Positions 37,043 through 45,595 of a stretch of 64,000 nt of DNA are shown here, piece after piece. The position numbers were made by a program, and so were the translations under genes. The stretch comes from Candidatus Avispirillum sp. (GTDB taxonomy: Bacteria; Bacillota; Clostridia; Oscillospirales; CAG-272). The stretch is from positions 18,739 to 82,738 of the forward strand of contig JAZQUP010000019.1 in NCBI GenBank assembly GCA_045631345.1, given 5' to 3'. A model generated the notes under the pieces. That model was not told the DNA's origin, searched no databases, and saw only the letters and a list, made by a program, of their open reading frames with translations. Each line of letters begins with the position of its first letter. Position 1 is the first letter of the stretch.

Positions 37043-38086
37043 ATGATATACGATAAGCTTAAAATAATGATCATTTATGGCATAGGAGGCGCAGTTTTTC
37101 TTGGGTTGCTATGGATAATGCTCAGGTTTGCAATTCCTATTATTTTACCATTTGCAATTGCATATGCGGTGGCATATGCTCTCAGAATAGGGGCAAGAGC
37201 GCTGAGCTCTCTGACAAAAATGAATGAGAATATGCTGAAGGGATTCATTCTTATATCTGTTGTTTTGTCAATAAGCATATTTTTATGGTTTGGCGCTTCT
37301 GTTGTGATCCGAAAAATAAGCGAGGCAATCAGCGATGTATCCGAGGCTATAACGGAAAGCGGAGGAATAAGAAAGGCTTTGGAAAGTATCGCTTTGAGAA
37401 TAGGCTCTTATTTCGGAGGAGCAGAAATAGGCGAGGCGATGACAGCTTTTGTTTCAGATCTAACGTCAAGAATAAGCTCTGCTATGGCAGGGATTGCCGC
37501 ATCATTTGTTTCTGCTCTTCCTTCGTTTGCCATAGGCTTTGCGATTTCAATAGCGGCGCTTTTTTATTTTACATTTGGTTATGAAAAAGCAACTGCGGCA
37601 ATAAAGCAACTACTGCCAAAAAAAAGCCGCAGTAAAATATGCAGTCATATAGTTTCAGCCATAAATGGATTCGGGAGATTTATACGCGCATATTCGCTTA
37701 TTATTGTTGTAACGTTTGCAGAGCTTTTTGTGGGATTTTTAATTATGGGGATAGATCATGCTTTTGTGTTGGCGGCGGTTATAAGTGTGGTGGATTTTCT
37801 ACCAATCATAGGCGTTGGAGGGGTGCTTGCTCCTTGGGCTGCAGTAAGCTTTTTTATGGGAAACACGTATAGGGCTATTGGGCTCATAATTATAGTAGCT
37901 GTTATATGGGCGGTGCGCCAGCCTGTTGAATCAAAGCTTATAGGCAAGGGCGCGGGAGTTCATCCCATATTTGCTTTGGTGGCAGTTTATGCAGGCTTTA
38001 GGCTTGCGGGAGTTTTTGGTATGATAGTGGCGCCTGTGCTACTGACTGCTGCGGCAATTATTTTCAGAGAAAAGGCTTTGAAATAA
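37043..38086 (+). CDS. ytvI: AI-2E/PerM-family membrane protein, YtvI-like (sporulation integral membrane protein)
   Basis: 347 aa with about 8 TM helices. The conserved region VVDFLPIIGVGGVLAPWA is typical of the family. Confidence 0.65.
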   Translation: MIYDKLKIMIIYGIGGAVFLGLLWIMLRFAIPIILPFAIAYAVAYALRIGARALSSLTKMNENMLKGFILISVVLSISIFLWFGASVVIRKISEAISDVSEAITESGGIRKALESIALRIGSYFGGAEIGEAMTAFVSDLTSRISSAMAGIAASFVSALPSFAIGFAISIAALFYFTFGYEKATAAIKQLLPKKSRSKICSHIVSAINGFGRFIRAYSLIIVVTFAELFVGFLIMGIDHAFVLAAVISVVDFLPIIGVGGVLAPWAAVSFFMGNTYRAIGLIIIVAVIWAVRQPVESKLIGKGAGVHPIFALVAVYAGFRLAGVFGMIVAPVLLTAAAIIFREKALK

Positions 38087-38105
38087 GTATCAAATATTAA
38101 TTTCA

Positions 38106-38140
38106 TCAAAAAAATCCCCGACCGTTTGGTCGGGGATAAA
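38106..38140. terminator. bidirectional intrinsic terminator between ytvI and ddh
   Basis: Hairpin ATCCCCGACC-GTTT-GGTCGGGGAT (38114-38137) with an A-run upstream and T-rich sequence downstream. Confidence 0.8.
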
Positions 38141-38147
38141 TTGTTTA

Positions 38148-39134
38148 TCAAAGCAGATTTTTAATAAGCTCTTCTCTGGGAGTTGCGCTGAGATATGAGG
38201 GGGCAACATCAAAAACTGTTTTGCATCCGCTCTGTCCCTCAAGGTGCATCTTATATGCAGCTCTTGCATATGCCACTATAACAGATGCGGTAAACTCGGG
38301 ATTGGAGTCAAGCTTAAGGCTATACTCAATAATATGTGTGTTTTCAAGATTTTCGCCTGTTTTTCCGCTGCGGATAACAAATCCTCCGTGGGGGATTCCG
38401 CTATGGTCACGGATCAATTCTTCTTCGCTGATAAATTCAACTGTTGTGTCGTAATCAGCAAAGTAGTTAGGCATTTCCTTGATTTCTTTTTCAATTCTTG
38501 CTTTGTCTGCGCCGTCTTCTGCAACAACATAGCAAAGGCGGGTATGCTTTTCTCTTGTTGTAAGCTGAGGTTCGCTTCCGCTTCTTACAGCTTCAAGAGC
38601 TGCTTCAACGGGGATTGTATACTGCTTTCCGTTTTTAACGCCTTCAATTCTGCGAATAGCGTCAGAATGTCCCTGGCTAACGCCCTTGCCCCAGAAAGTA
38701 TAATCTTTTCCGCAGGGGAGAACAGCGCCCATATACATTCTGTTAATGGAGAACATACCGGGATCCCAGCCAACGGAAATAAGAGCAACCTTTCCGCTTT
38801 CTTTTGCTGCGGCATCAACATTTGCCATATGTTCGGGGATTTTAGCGTGTGTGTCAAAGCTGTCAACAACATTGAAGAGCTTTGCCATATCGGGAGTTTG
38901 ATGGGGAAGGTCTGTAGCGCTTCCTCCGCAAAGGATGAGAACATCAATTTCATCCTTCAGTTCAGGTGCCTTGTCTATGTGATATACGGGAACACCTTCT
39001 GTTCTGATTTTAAGAGATGCGGGATCACGGCGTGTAAAAACGCAAGCCAACTCCATATCGCTGTTCTGGCGAATAGCGCATTCAACACCACGGCCCAGAT
39101 TTCCGTAACCGTATATACCAATTCTGATACTCAT
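38148..39134 (-). CDS. ddh: meso-diaminopimelate D-dehydrogenase
   Basis: 328 aa. N-terminal IRIGIYGYGNLGRGVE, and overall Ddh-like length and pattern. Confidence 0.85.
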   Translation of the reverse strand: MSIRIGIYGYGNLGRGVECAIRQNSDMELACVFTRRDPASLKIRTEGVPVYHIDKAPELKDEIDVLILCGGSATDLPHQTPDMAKLFNVVDSFDTHAKIPEHMANVDAAAKESGKVALISVGWDPGMFSINRMYMGAVLPCGKDYTFWGKGVSQGHSDAIRRIEGVKNGKQYTIPVEAALEAVRSGSEPQLTTREKHTRLCYVVAEDGADKARIEKEIKEMPNYFADYDTTVEFISEEELIRDHSGIPHGGFVIRSGKTGENLENTHIIEYSLKLDSNPEFTASVIVAYARAAYKMHLEGQSGCKTVFDVAPSYLSATPREELIKNLL

Positions 39135-39170
39135 AAATATTTGCCTCTGTTTCGTTTTGCTGGATTAAGA

Positions 39171-40562
39171 TTATTTATCGATTTTGTTCATAACGTCGCT
39201 GAAGATTTCAACTTTATAAGCGTCAACCATTTTTTCGCTGTCTTCAGCATATCTGGCCTCGCCCATAGCGTTATCTGCAGCAATTCGCCACTGGGGCTTG
39301 CCGATGTTTTCAATATAGAGAATGTAGTAGATTCCGTCGCCCTTAAGAAGAGTAACATCGCCAACCTGACCGTCTTCAAAGAGCCATTTCATTCCTTCGT
39401 CTGAAAGGATGGAGTTGCTCTTGTCAACATTTTTGTAGAGTCCGCCGTTGCCGCTGGAATCTTCATCTTCGCTGTATTTTTCAGCAAGCTTTCCGAAGTC
39501 CTCGGCAGTTTTTGCTGTTTCTTCCCATTCAGCCAGAATCTTTTCTGCTTTAGCCTTTGTTTTTTCGTTTGTCTGATATGTGTCCTTTGTGAGACAAATG
39601 TAGCGGATGTCACGAACATTATATTCCTGAAGCGCAGGCTTTGAGATGAGCATATAAACTGTGTAGATACCGTCTTTGGAGTTTTCGTCAACGTATTTGT
39701 CTCCTATTTCTGCTCCAAATGCCCATTTGCCAACTTCGCCTTCTTTGAGAGCATATTTGGATTCCTTTGCGCCTGTACGTTTATCCTCAGCAAGCTTCAG
39801 CACATTGGATTCATAGTTTTCAATATATGCATAGAAAGCGTCGCTATCTGTTGTTTCTTTCAGCTCCTGCGCATTATATTTGGCATCTCTGTCTTCGTTT
39901 TCCTCAAAGATGTAGTAAACATAATCAACACAGTAGAATTCATCAGGATTTTCGCTGAGATAAGCATCTTCTTCAGCTTCAGTAAATGTATAGCTTTCAA
40001 CCATTTCGTTGTAATGTTTGAATGCCAGCTTTTCCTTTTCAATGAAGGAGCGCACGTCGTCAATAGTAACTATATCGCCGTACATTTCGGAAACAAGCTC
40101 GTTAACGGATTTATATCCGTTGCCCTCTGCTTCGTCATCAAACTCCTTGATTATTTCATCAATTTCAGCCTTATCATGTTCATCAAGTTCTTTACCGGAA
40201 GCCTTTGCAGCCTCGCAGAAAACAAGAAGCTCGTTCATATATGTTTCAGCCTGCTCTGCAAAGTATTCAAACCATGTAACGTCCTTTGTATATTCCTGCT
40301 CCTTGAAGGACTTTTCTATATTGATTCCGTAGTAGGTGATATACTGATAGTTTTCATTATAGAAATCAATGAAGTATCTCTGGAAAATATATGTTGCTTC
40401 TGCAATGTCAAAGGAGAAGTTATCACTTTTGAGAACCACCTCATTGGCATCAACAGGCAAACTGTTATTGTTTTTGTTATTGTCTTTATCTTTATCCTTG
40501 TTACATCCCGCAAGGCAAAGAATCATTGCCAAAGCGGCAATCATTGCTATTATTCTTTTCAT
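39171..40562 (-). CDS. PrsA-like parvulin-type peptidyl-prolyl isomerase lipoprotein (second copy)
   Basis: The ORF track gives 39171..40604. The ATG at 40562 (MKRIIAMIAALAMILCLAGCNK, lipobox) is preferred. The C-terminal PpiC-like region is IRYICL...FGKLAEKYSEDEDSSGNGGLY...GIYYILYIE. Confidence 0.8.
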   Translation of the reverse strand: MKRIIAMIAALAMILCLAGCNKDKDKDNNKNNNSLPVDANEVVLKSDNFSFDIAEATYIFQRYFIDFYNENYQYITYYGINIEKSFKEQEYTKDVTWFEYFAEQAETYMNELLVFCEAAKASGKELDEHDKAEIDEIIKEFDDEAEGNGYKSVNELVSEMYGDIVTIDDVRSFIEKEKLAFKHYNEMVESYTFTEAEEDAYLSENPDEFYCVDYVYYIFEENEDRDAKYNAQELKETTDSDAFYAYIENYESNVLKLAEDKRTGAKESKYALKEGEVGKWAFGAEIGDKYVDENSKDGIYTVYMLISKPALQEYNVRDIRYICLTKDTYQTNEKTKAKAEKILAEWEETAKTAEDFGKLAEKYSEDEDSSGNGGLYKNVDKSNSILSDEGMKWLFEDGQVGDVTLLKGDGIYYILYIENIGKPQWRIAADNAMGEARYAEDSEKMVDAYKVEIFSDVMNKIDK

Positions 40563-40576
40563 TTTTAACATTCCTT

Positions 40577-41335
40577 TTATATTCTTTTTGCAACGATATA
40601 CCAACGCATATCGTCGTCACTTGACTGAGTAAAGGTGAAATCGGAATAAATTCCGCAAACAGAAAATCCTGCAGCCTCAAGAGAATTTTCAAGCTTTGCT
40701 CTTGAATAGCATCTTTCCTTTTGATCTGTATCGGTTCTGCGCCATGTTCCGTCGTCATTCTTTTCAAAAACTGTCAGATAAAATGTGCAAATCCCGCGGC
40801 GGCGGTCATAGCTGTTTTGCCAACAGCACATTATATTTTCGTCCTCAAGGATATAGTCGTTATCTCCGTAAAACTTTGCGAATTTTTTGGGAGTGTTCAC
40901 ATCGAAAACAAAAATTCCGCCGGGCTCAATGTAATTATGCATCAGCTTCAGACATTTGGAAAGATCCTGCACTCCGCATAGATGGTTGATTCCGTCAAGG
41001 CAACAAACTGCGCCTTGAACCGTTCCGTAGAGTTCAAAGGCTCTCATATCCTGACAAAGCCAAAGTATATCATCTGCGCCGAGCGTGTCAGCTGTTTCTT
41101 TTGCAACTGAGAGCATATCATAGCTGATATCAAGACCAATCATATCATAGCCTCGTTCTCTCAGAGGAAAGGTCATAGCTCCTGTTCCGCATCCCAGGTC
41201 AAGAACCTCTTTGATTTCTATATCTCCGAACTTTTCAAAGCAATTTCGGATAAAATCTGCCCAGGCTTCATAATCTGTTTCAGAGTTCAGCTTATCATAG
41301 CCTGCTGACAGGGCAAAGTAAGCGCCTTCTGCCAT
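40577..41335 (-). CDS. class I SAM-dependent methyltransferase
   Basis: 252 aa. Motif I is VLDLGCGTG. Confidence 0.85.
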   Translation of the reverse strand: MAEGAYFALSAGYDKLNSETDYEAWADFIRNCFEKFGDIEIKEVLDLGCGTGAMTFPLRERGYDMIGLDISYDMLSVAKETADTLGADDILWLCQDMRAFELYGTVQGAVCCLDGINHLCGVQDLSKCLKLMHNYIEPGGIFVFDVNTPKKFAKFYGDNDYILEDENIMCCWQNSYDRRRGICTFYLTVFEKNDDGTWRRTDTDQKERCYSRAKLENSLEAAGFSVCGIYSDFTFTQSSDDDMRWYIVAKRI

Positions 41336-41337
41336 AA

Positions 41338-41658
41338 TTATTTGTTGCCCTCATTCCAGGGTGTTTCGCCTTTTTCATCAAGGCGGCGGAGAACCTCTGT
41401 ATATCCGTCGCTTCCGTACTTAAGACATCTGTTAACACGGCTGATAGTTGCGGTTGAAAGACCTGTTTTTTCAATTATATCTGTGTAGGTGCAATTATCT
41501 GAAAGCATTTTAGCTGCTGTGAGTCGCTTAGACATTTCGATAATTTCTGTCACTGTGCATATATCCTCAAAAAAACTCATACATTCGTCAACTGTGCTTA
41601 AGCTGAGAATACCGTTGAACAGATATTCCATTTTTGAATCCATTCTTTTCTTTGCCAT
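41338..41658 (-). CDS. YerC/YecD-family TrpR-like protein
   Basis: 106 aa. EIIEMSKRLTAAKML...TYTDIIEKTGLSTATISRVNRCLKYG. Confidence 0.85.
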   Translation of the reverse strand: MAKKRMDSKMEYLFNGILSLSTVDECMSFFEDICTVTEIIEMSKRLTAAKMLSDNCTYTDIIEKTGLSTATISRVNRCLKYGSDGYTEVLRRLDEKGETPWNEGNK

Positions 41659-41767
41659 AAATTTTCTCTTTTCAATATGTATTTTTATTATTTCGGCGCT
41701 TAAATGTTTAAGCCGAAAACTACGAAAGTGCCACGCAAAAAAGCACTTTCGAAATTTAATTGACTAA

Positions 41768-41796
41768 ATTATACACCATAAAAATGAATTTTTCAA
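41768..41796 (-). promoter_or_regulatory. sigma-A-type promoter (TTGAAA-17-TATAAT, TG-extended) of the yerC operon
   Basis: On the minus strand, TTGAAA = 41796-41791 and TGGTGTATAAT ends at 41768. Confidence 0.6.
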
Positions 41797-41825
41797 CTAT
41801 GTTCTGAAAATTGATAAAAATACTC

Positions 41826-41854
41826 TTGAAATCCATATATTGCTGTGATAAAAT
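41826..41854 (+). promoter_or_regulatory. sigma-A-type promoter (TTGAAA-17-TAAAAT, TG-extended) of the nitroreductase gene
   Basis: TTGAAA at 41826-41831 and TGTGATAAAAT ending at 41854. Confidence 0.55.
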
Positions 41855-41965
41855 TATTTCCACGAGATATAGAGAAAAAGCTCACATTTTGGGGAGGAAT
41901 CTTCCGAAAGAGTGAGTTTTAATTGCTTTATAGAATGAGTTTTATTTTTTTGGAGAATAACGATA

Positions 41966-42475
41966 ATGAAAAATATATTGCTTGAGCGCAGAAGCATCAG
42001 AGCATATAAGGCTGAACAGATAAAGGATTCTGAGCTTGATCATGTGCTTAATGCTGCTCTTTATGCGCCTACAGGAAGAAATTTTCAGTCTACAATAATG
42101 GTAGCTGTTCAGGATAAGGAGCTTGTTTTGCGCCTTAGCAAAATGAACGCTGAAATTATGGGAACAGAAAATGATCCCTTTTACGGAGCTCCCACAGTTG
42201 TTATAGTTTTTGCTGACACAAGCATACCCACTCATTTTGAGGATGGTTGCCTTGCTATGGGCAATATGCTTAATGCTGCTTACGAAACAGGTCTTGGTTC
42301 TTGCTGGATCCATCGTGCACGTCAGATGTTTTCTTCAGAAGAGGGCAAGGCGCTTATGAAGGAATGGGGCGTTCCCGAAAATTATGTAGGCATCGGCAAT
42401 TGTATCCTCGGATATGCTGCATGCGAAACTCCCGATCCATCTCCCCGTAAAGACGGGCGAATCATCAAGCTTTAA
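41966..42475 (+). CDS. nitroreductase-family protein
   Basis: 169 aa. LLERRSIRAYK at the N-terminus, then APTGRNFQ. Confidence 0.9.
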   Translation: MKNILLERRSIRAYKAEQIKDSELDHVLNAALYAPTGRNFQSTIMVAVQDKELVLRLSKMNAEIMGTENDPFYGAPTVVIVFADTSIPTHFEDGCLAMGNMLNAAYETGLGSCWIHRARQMFSSEEGKALMKEWGVPENYVGIGNCILGYAACETPDPSPRKDGRIIKL

Positions 42476-42490
42476 GGGGGATTTGCCGCC

Positions 42491-43447
42491 GTGAAAAATA
42501 AATTTATCGTCACAGCGGTTTTGTTTATGGCATTGGCTTGCGCCGTTTTATTTGTCTTAGCCGATGAGGGCTCAGAAAACGCTTTGCAAGATTCATTGGA
42601 AAGCGAAAAGCTTGAGGAAATCAAGGGGCAGATATCAAACGGACTTATTGGCGGATATAGTGAAGAAAGCTCTTTTATCGCAGAAGAAAGCTTTTTTGAA
42701 GGAACCGCACCACCTATAGCAGAAACAGAACCCCCCGTAGTTGAAACAGAACCACCTATACCGGAAACAGAACCTGAGCCCGCTGCAACAGAAGTACCCA
42801 TAGCTGAAACAATCGCTCCGGAGCCTGTTACAGATGTGACAGAGCCCCCTGTAGTAACAGAGGAGCAGCCGGTCGTTCCATTGTCCGAACATTTTGATTC
42901 ATCACTTTTTATAGGAGACTCACGAACCGTTGGTCTTGATTCCTATGCTGATCTTGGCGATGCCACAGTTTTTGCAACAAAAGGAATGAATGTTTATCGG
43001 GTGTTCAGTGAAAAGCTTGATATTGAAGGCTTTGGAATGATCAATCTGGACGGAGTGCTTAAAGCAAAGAAATATGATAAGGTATATCTGATGCTTGGTC
43101 TTAACGAGATCGGATATAACGCCGATGCAGTTATGTCAAAATATTCTTATCTGATTCAGAAGATAAGAGAGTCTCAGCCTGATGCGCATATATATCTTCA
43201 GGCTAACTTGCATATAACAACCAGCCGTTCAAGCGCAGATGAGGTTTATAATAATACCAAGCTTAATTATCTTAACTCAGAAATGGCATCGCTTGCAAAC
43301 GGAGTTGATATTTTCTATATAGATGCCAACCCCATTTTTGATGATGCCGCTGGGGGACTTCACTCCGATTATGCTGCGGACGATTTTCATCTTAAAAGCG
43401 ACTATTATGCCATGTGGGTGAAATGGATAGCAAGCAACAGTATATAA
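42491..43447 (+). CDS. secreted/anchored SGNH(GDSL)-type hydrolase with Pro/Glu/Thr linker
   Basis: 318 aa with a GTG start and an N-terminal hydrophobic helix. Block I is FIGDSRT, followed by GLNEIG and a C-terminal DDFHL (DxxH). Confidence 0.7.
   Translation: MKNKFIVTAVLFMALACAVLFVLADEGSENALQDSLESEKLEEIKGQISNGLIGGYSEESSFIAEESFFEGTAPPIAETEPPVVETEPPIPETEPEPAATEVPIAETIAPEPVTDVTEPPVVTEEQPVVPLSEHFDSSLFIGDSRTVGLDSYADLGDATVFATKGMNVYRVFSEKLDIEGFGMINLDGVLKAKKYDKVYLMLGLNEIGYNADAVMSKYSYLIQKIRESQPDAHIYLQANLHITTSRSSADEVYNNTKLNYLNSEMASLANGVDIFYIDANPIFDDAAGGLHSDYAADDFHLKSDYYAMWVKWIASNSI
42719..42781 (+). repeat. three tandem 21-bp coding repeats (core GAAACAGAACC) encoding an xETEPPx linker
   Basis: The units are 42719-42739, 42740-42760 and 42761-42781. 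All lie in frame inside CDS 42491..43447. Confidence 0.7.
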
Positions 43448-43470
43448 TATAAATATTTTTGTGTAAAATA

Positions 43471-43512
43471 CCGCAGGAAAAGAAAAGCTGATCTTTTTCT
43501 GCGGCGTTTTTT
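43471..43512 (+). terminator. intrinsic terminator after the SGNH hydrolase gene
   Basis: 13-bp stem CCGCAGGAAAAGA/TCTTTTTCTGCGG (43471-43504), followed by CGTTTTTTA. Confidence 0.85.
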
Positions 43513-43547
43513 ATTATAGATTAGAGTGTGAAATGCAAAATGTGAAA

Positions 43548-43576
43548 TTGACATATGTTATTTCAGATGATATAAT
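43548..43576 (+). promoter_or_regulatory. sigma-A-type promoter, exact TTGACA-17-TATAAT, of the hydrogenase operon
   Basis: TTGACA at 43548-43553 and TATAAT at 43571-43576. Confidence 0.7.
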
Positions 43577-43641
43577 AATAAATAGGTTGTGTTTTTATAC
43601 ACATAAATGAACGAATTTATTGTACATAAGAGGTATATGAA

Positions 43642-43881
43642 ATGAAAGTTACAGTTTGTATAGGCTCATCCTGTCATCTTAAAGGCTCTCGCCAGGTTGT
43701 TGAAAGCCTTCAGAAGCTTATTGCTGAAAACCGCCTTGAAGAAAAGGTTTTGCTCAGCGGAACTTTCTGTATGCAGAATTGTCAGGCAGGAGTGTGCGTT
43801 TCTGTTGATGACGCTGTTCATTCAGTTTCTCCTGAAACTGTTGAGGATTTCTTCCGCCGTGAAATTCTTGCAAAAGCATAA
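43642..43881 (+). CDS. thioredoxin-like [2Fe-2S] ferredoxin-type small protein
   Basis: 79 aa. The Cys spacing C6-x4-C11-x31-C43-x3-C47 matches the NuoE/HndA-type Cx4C...Cx3C pattern. AAGAGG lies 8 nt upstream. Confidence 0.65.
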   Translation: MKVTVCIGSSCHLKGSRQVVESLQKLIAENRLEEKVLLSGTFCMQNCQAGVCVSVDDAVHSVSPETVEDFFRREILAKA

Positions 43882-43924
43882 TTTCCCAAATATCTGATCA
43901 CATCACGGAAAGGATCTTTTGAAA

Positions 43925-45595
43925 ATGGCAGAATTTCTCAGACTGAAAAAGTCTAATTGCAAAAACTGTTCAAAATGTATTCGCCATTGTCCTGTTAAAA
44001 GTATTCGTTTTTCAGGAAATCAGGCAAATATTATAGGAAACGAATGTATCCTTTGCGGACATTGCTTCGTTGTTTGCCCTCAGAATGCAAAAGAGATTGC
44101 CGATGGAATTGAAACAGCAAAGGTGCTTATAGATTCAGGCGTCCCTGTTTATGCAAGTATTGCTCCTTCGTTTATTGCAAATTATGAAAACGTGGGAATA
44201 GATAATCTTCGTGATGCTCTGGTAAAGCTTGGCTTTGTCGGAGCTGAGGAAACTGCAGTTGGCGCAACTATCGTAAAAAAAGAATACGAGCGTATTCTCG
44301 CTGAGGGTAATAAAGACGTTGTTATCAGCTCCTGCTGTCATTCTATCAATTTGCTTATTCAGAAATATTATCCCCATCTGCTTCCTTACCTTGCAGACGT
44401 TAAAAGTCCCATGCAGGTGCACGCAGAATGGATAAAGGCCGTTTCCCCTGGCGCCAAGGTTGTTTTCATAGGGCCTTGCGTTGCCAAAAAGGATGAAGCT
44501 GAACGATATGGCGCAGTTGATGCTGTGCTAACTTTTGAAGAGCTTGCAAAATGGCTCAAGGAAGAAAAGATAGAGATCTCTCAAGGTAAGGACAAAACAA
44601 AAGAAAGTCTTGCAAGATTCTTCCCCACAACAGGCGGCATTCTTAAAACAATGACAGAGCGCAATCCAATATATAAATATCTTGCTATCGACGGCGTTGA
44701 AAACTGCATTGCGGCCCTCGAAGATATTGCCAAAGGAAAGATACACCGCTGCTTTATAGAAATGTCTGCTTGCGCAGGTAGCTGCACAGGCGGTCCTGTT
44801 ATGGAAAAGTATCATAACTCACCTGTTAAAAATCAGCTTGATGTTATGGACTATGCGGGAGATGAGGATTTCCCTGTTGAAAAGCCTGATGATCTTGTTC
44901 TTGATAAGCAGTTTGAGTTTATTGATAAGAAAACTGTTGCTCCATCCGAGCGTGAGATTGCAGAAACCTTGCGCAAAATGGGCAAAACAAAGCCTGAGGA
45001 TGAACTTGATTGTGGTTCCTGTGGATATAAGACTTGCAGGGAAAAGGCGGTTGCTATTATTCAGGGCAAGGCCGATGTTTCAACATGCCTGCCTTATCTG
45101 AGAGAAAAAGCAGAATCCCTCTCCGATAATATTATGACAAACTCTCCTAACGGCATTCTGCTTCTCAATGAGAATCTTGAAATTCAGAAAATAAACAATG
45201 TGGCTCTTGGCATTGTCAATATGAGAAATGCTGCCGACCTTATGGGCGAGCCTGTCGTTCGTATTCTTGATCCTTCTGCCTTTGTTCAGGTTATGAGCAC
45301 AGGAAATGTTATCAAGGATAAAAAAGTTTATCTTGCAGAATACGGAAAATATGTTGAGCAGAACATAGTATACGATAAAAGCTACAGAACCCTTCTCTGT
45401 ATTATGAGAGATATAACAGAGCAGGAGATAGCAAGAGAGCATAGAGAAAATATTAACCGACAAACAGTAGAAACAGCAGATAAGGTTGTTGAAAAGCAGA
45501 TGCGCATCGTTCAGGAAATTGCATCACTTCTGGGTGAAACTGCGGCTGAAACCAAAATAGCTCTCACAAAGCTCAAGGAGTCTATCGATGAATAA
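43925..45595 (+). CDS. hydS: sensory-type [FeFe]-hydrogenase homolog with C-terminal PAS domain (group C, HydS-like)
   Basis: The ORF track gives 43919 (TTG); an ATG lies at 43925. There are two CxxCxxCxxxCP motifs. The H-cluster motifs are divergent: VISSCCHS, FIGPCVAKKDE and IEMSACAGSCTGGP. There is an extra CGSCGYKTC-x16-C motif. A PAS-like region (NGILLLNENLEIQKINN...) is followed by a coiled-coil tail. Confidence 0.85.
   Translation: MAEFLRLKKSNCKNCSKCIRHCPVKSIRFSGNQANIIGNECILCGHCFVVCPQNAKEIADGIETAKVLIDSGVPVYASIAPSFIANYENVGIDNLRDALVKLGFVGAEETAVGATIVKKEYERILAEGNKDVVISSCCHSINLLIQKYYPHLLPYLADVKSPMQVHAEWIKAVSPGAKVVFIGPCVAKKDEAERYGAVDAVLTFEELAKWLKEEKIEISQGKDKTKESLARFFPTTGGILKTMTERNPIYKYLAIDGVENCIAALEDIAKGKIHRCFIEMSACAGSCTGGPVMEKYHNSPVKNQLDVMDYAGDEDFPVEKPDDLVLDKQFEFIDKKTVAPSEREIAETLRKMGKTKPEDELDCGSCGYKTCREKAVAIIQGKADVSTCLPYLREKAESLSDNIMTNSPNGILLLNENLEIQKINNVALGIVNMRNAADLMGEPVVRILDPSAFVQVMSTGNVIKDKKVYLAEYGKYVEQNIVYDKSYRTLLCIMRDITEQEIAREHRENINRQTVETADKVVEKQMRIVQEIASLLGETAAETKIALTKLKESIDE

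Noticed and set aside
42719-42781. 21-bp tandem repeats as a regulatory or CRISPR-like feature
   Set aside because: They lie in frame within CDS 42491..43447 and encode a Pro/Glu/Thr linker. This is ordinary linker expansion.
43527-43548. Canonical Rex operator at the hydrogenase promoter
   Set aside because: The two TGTGAAAT copies are direct repeats, not inverted, and the TTCACAA half-site is absent. I kept them only as a generic operator candidate.
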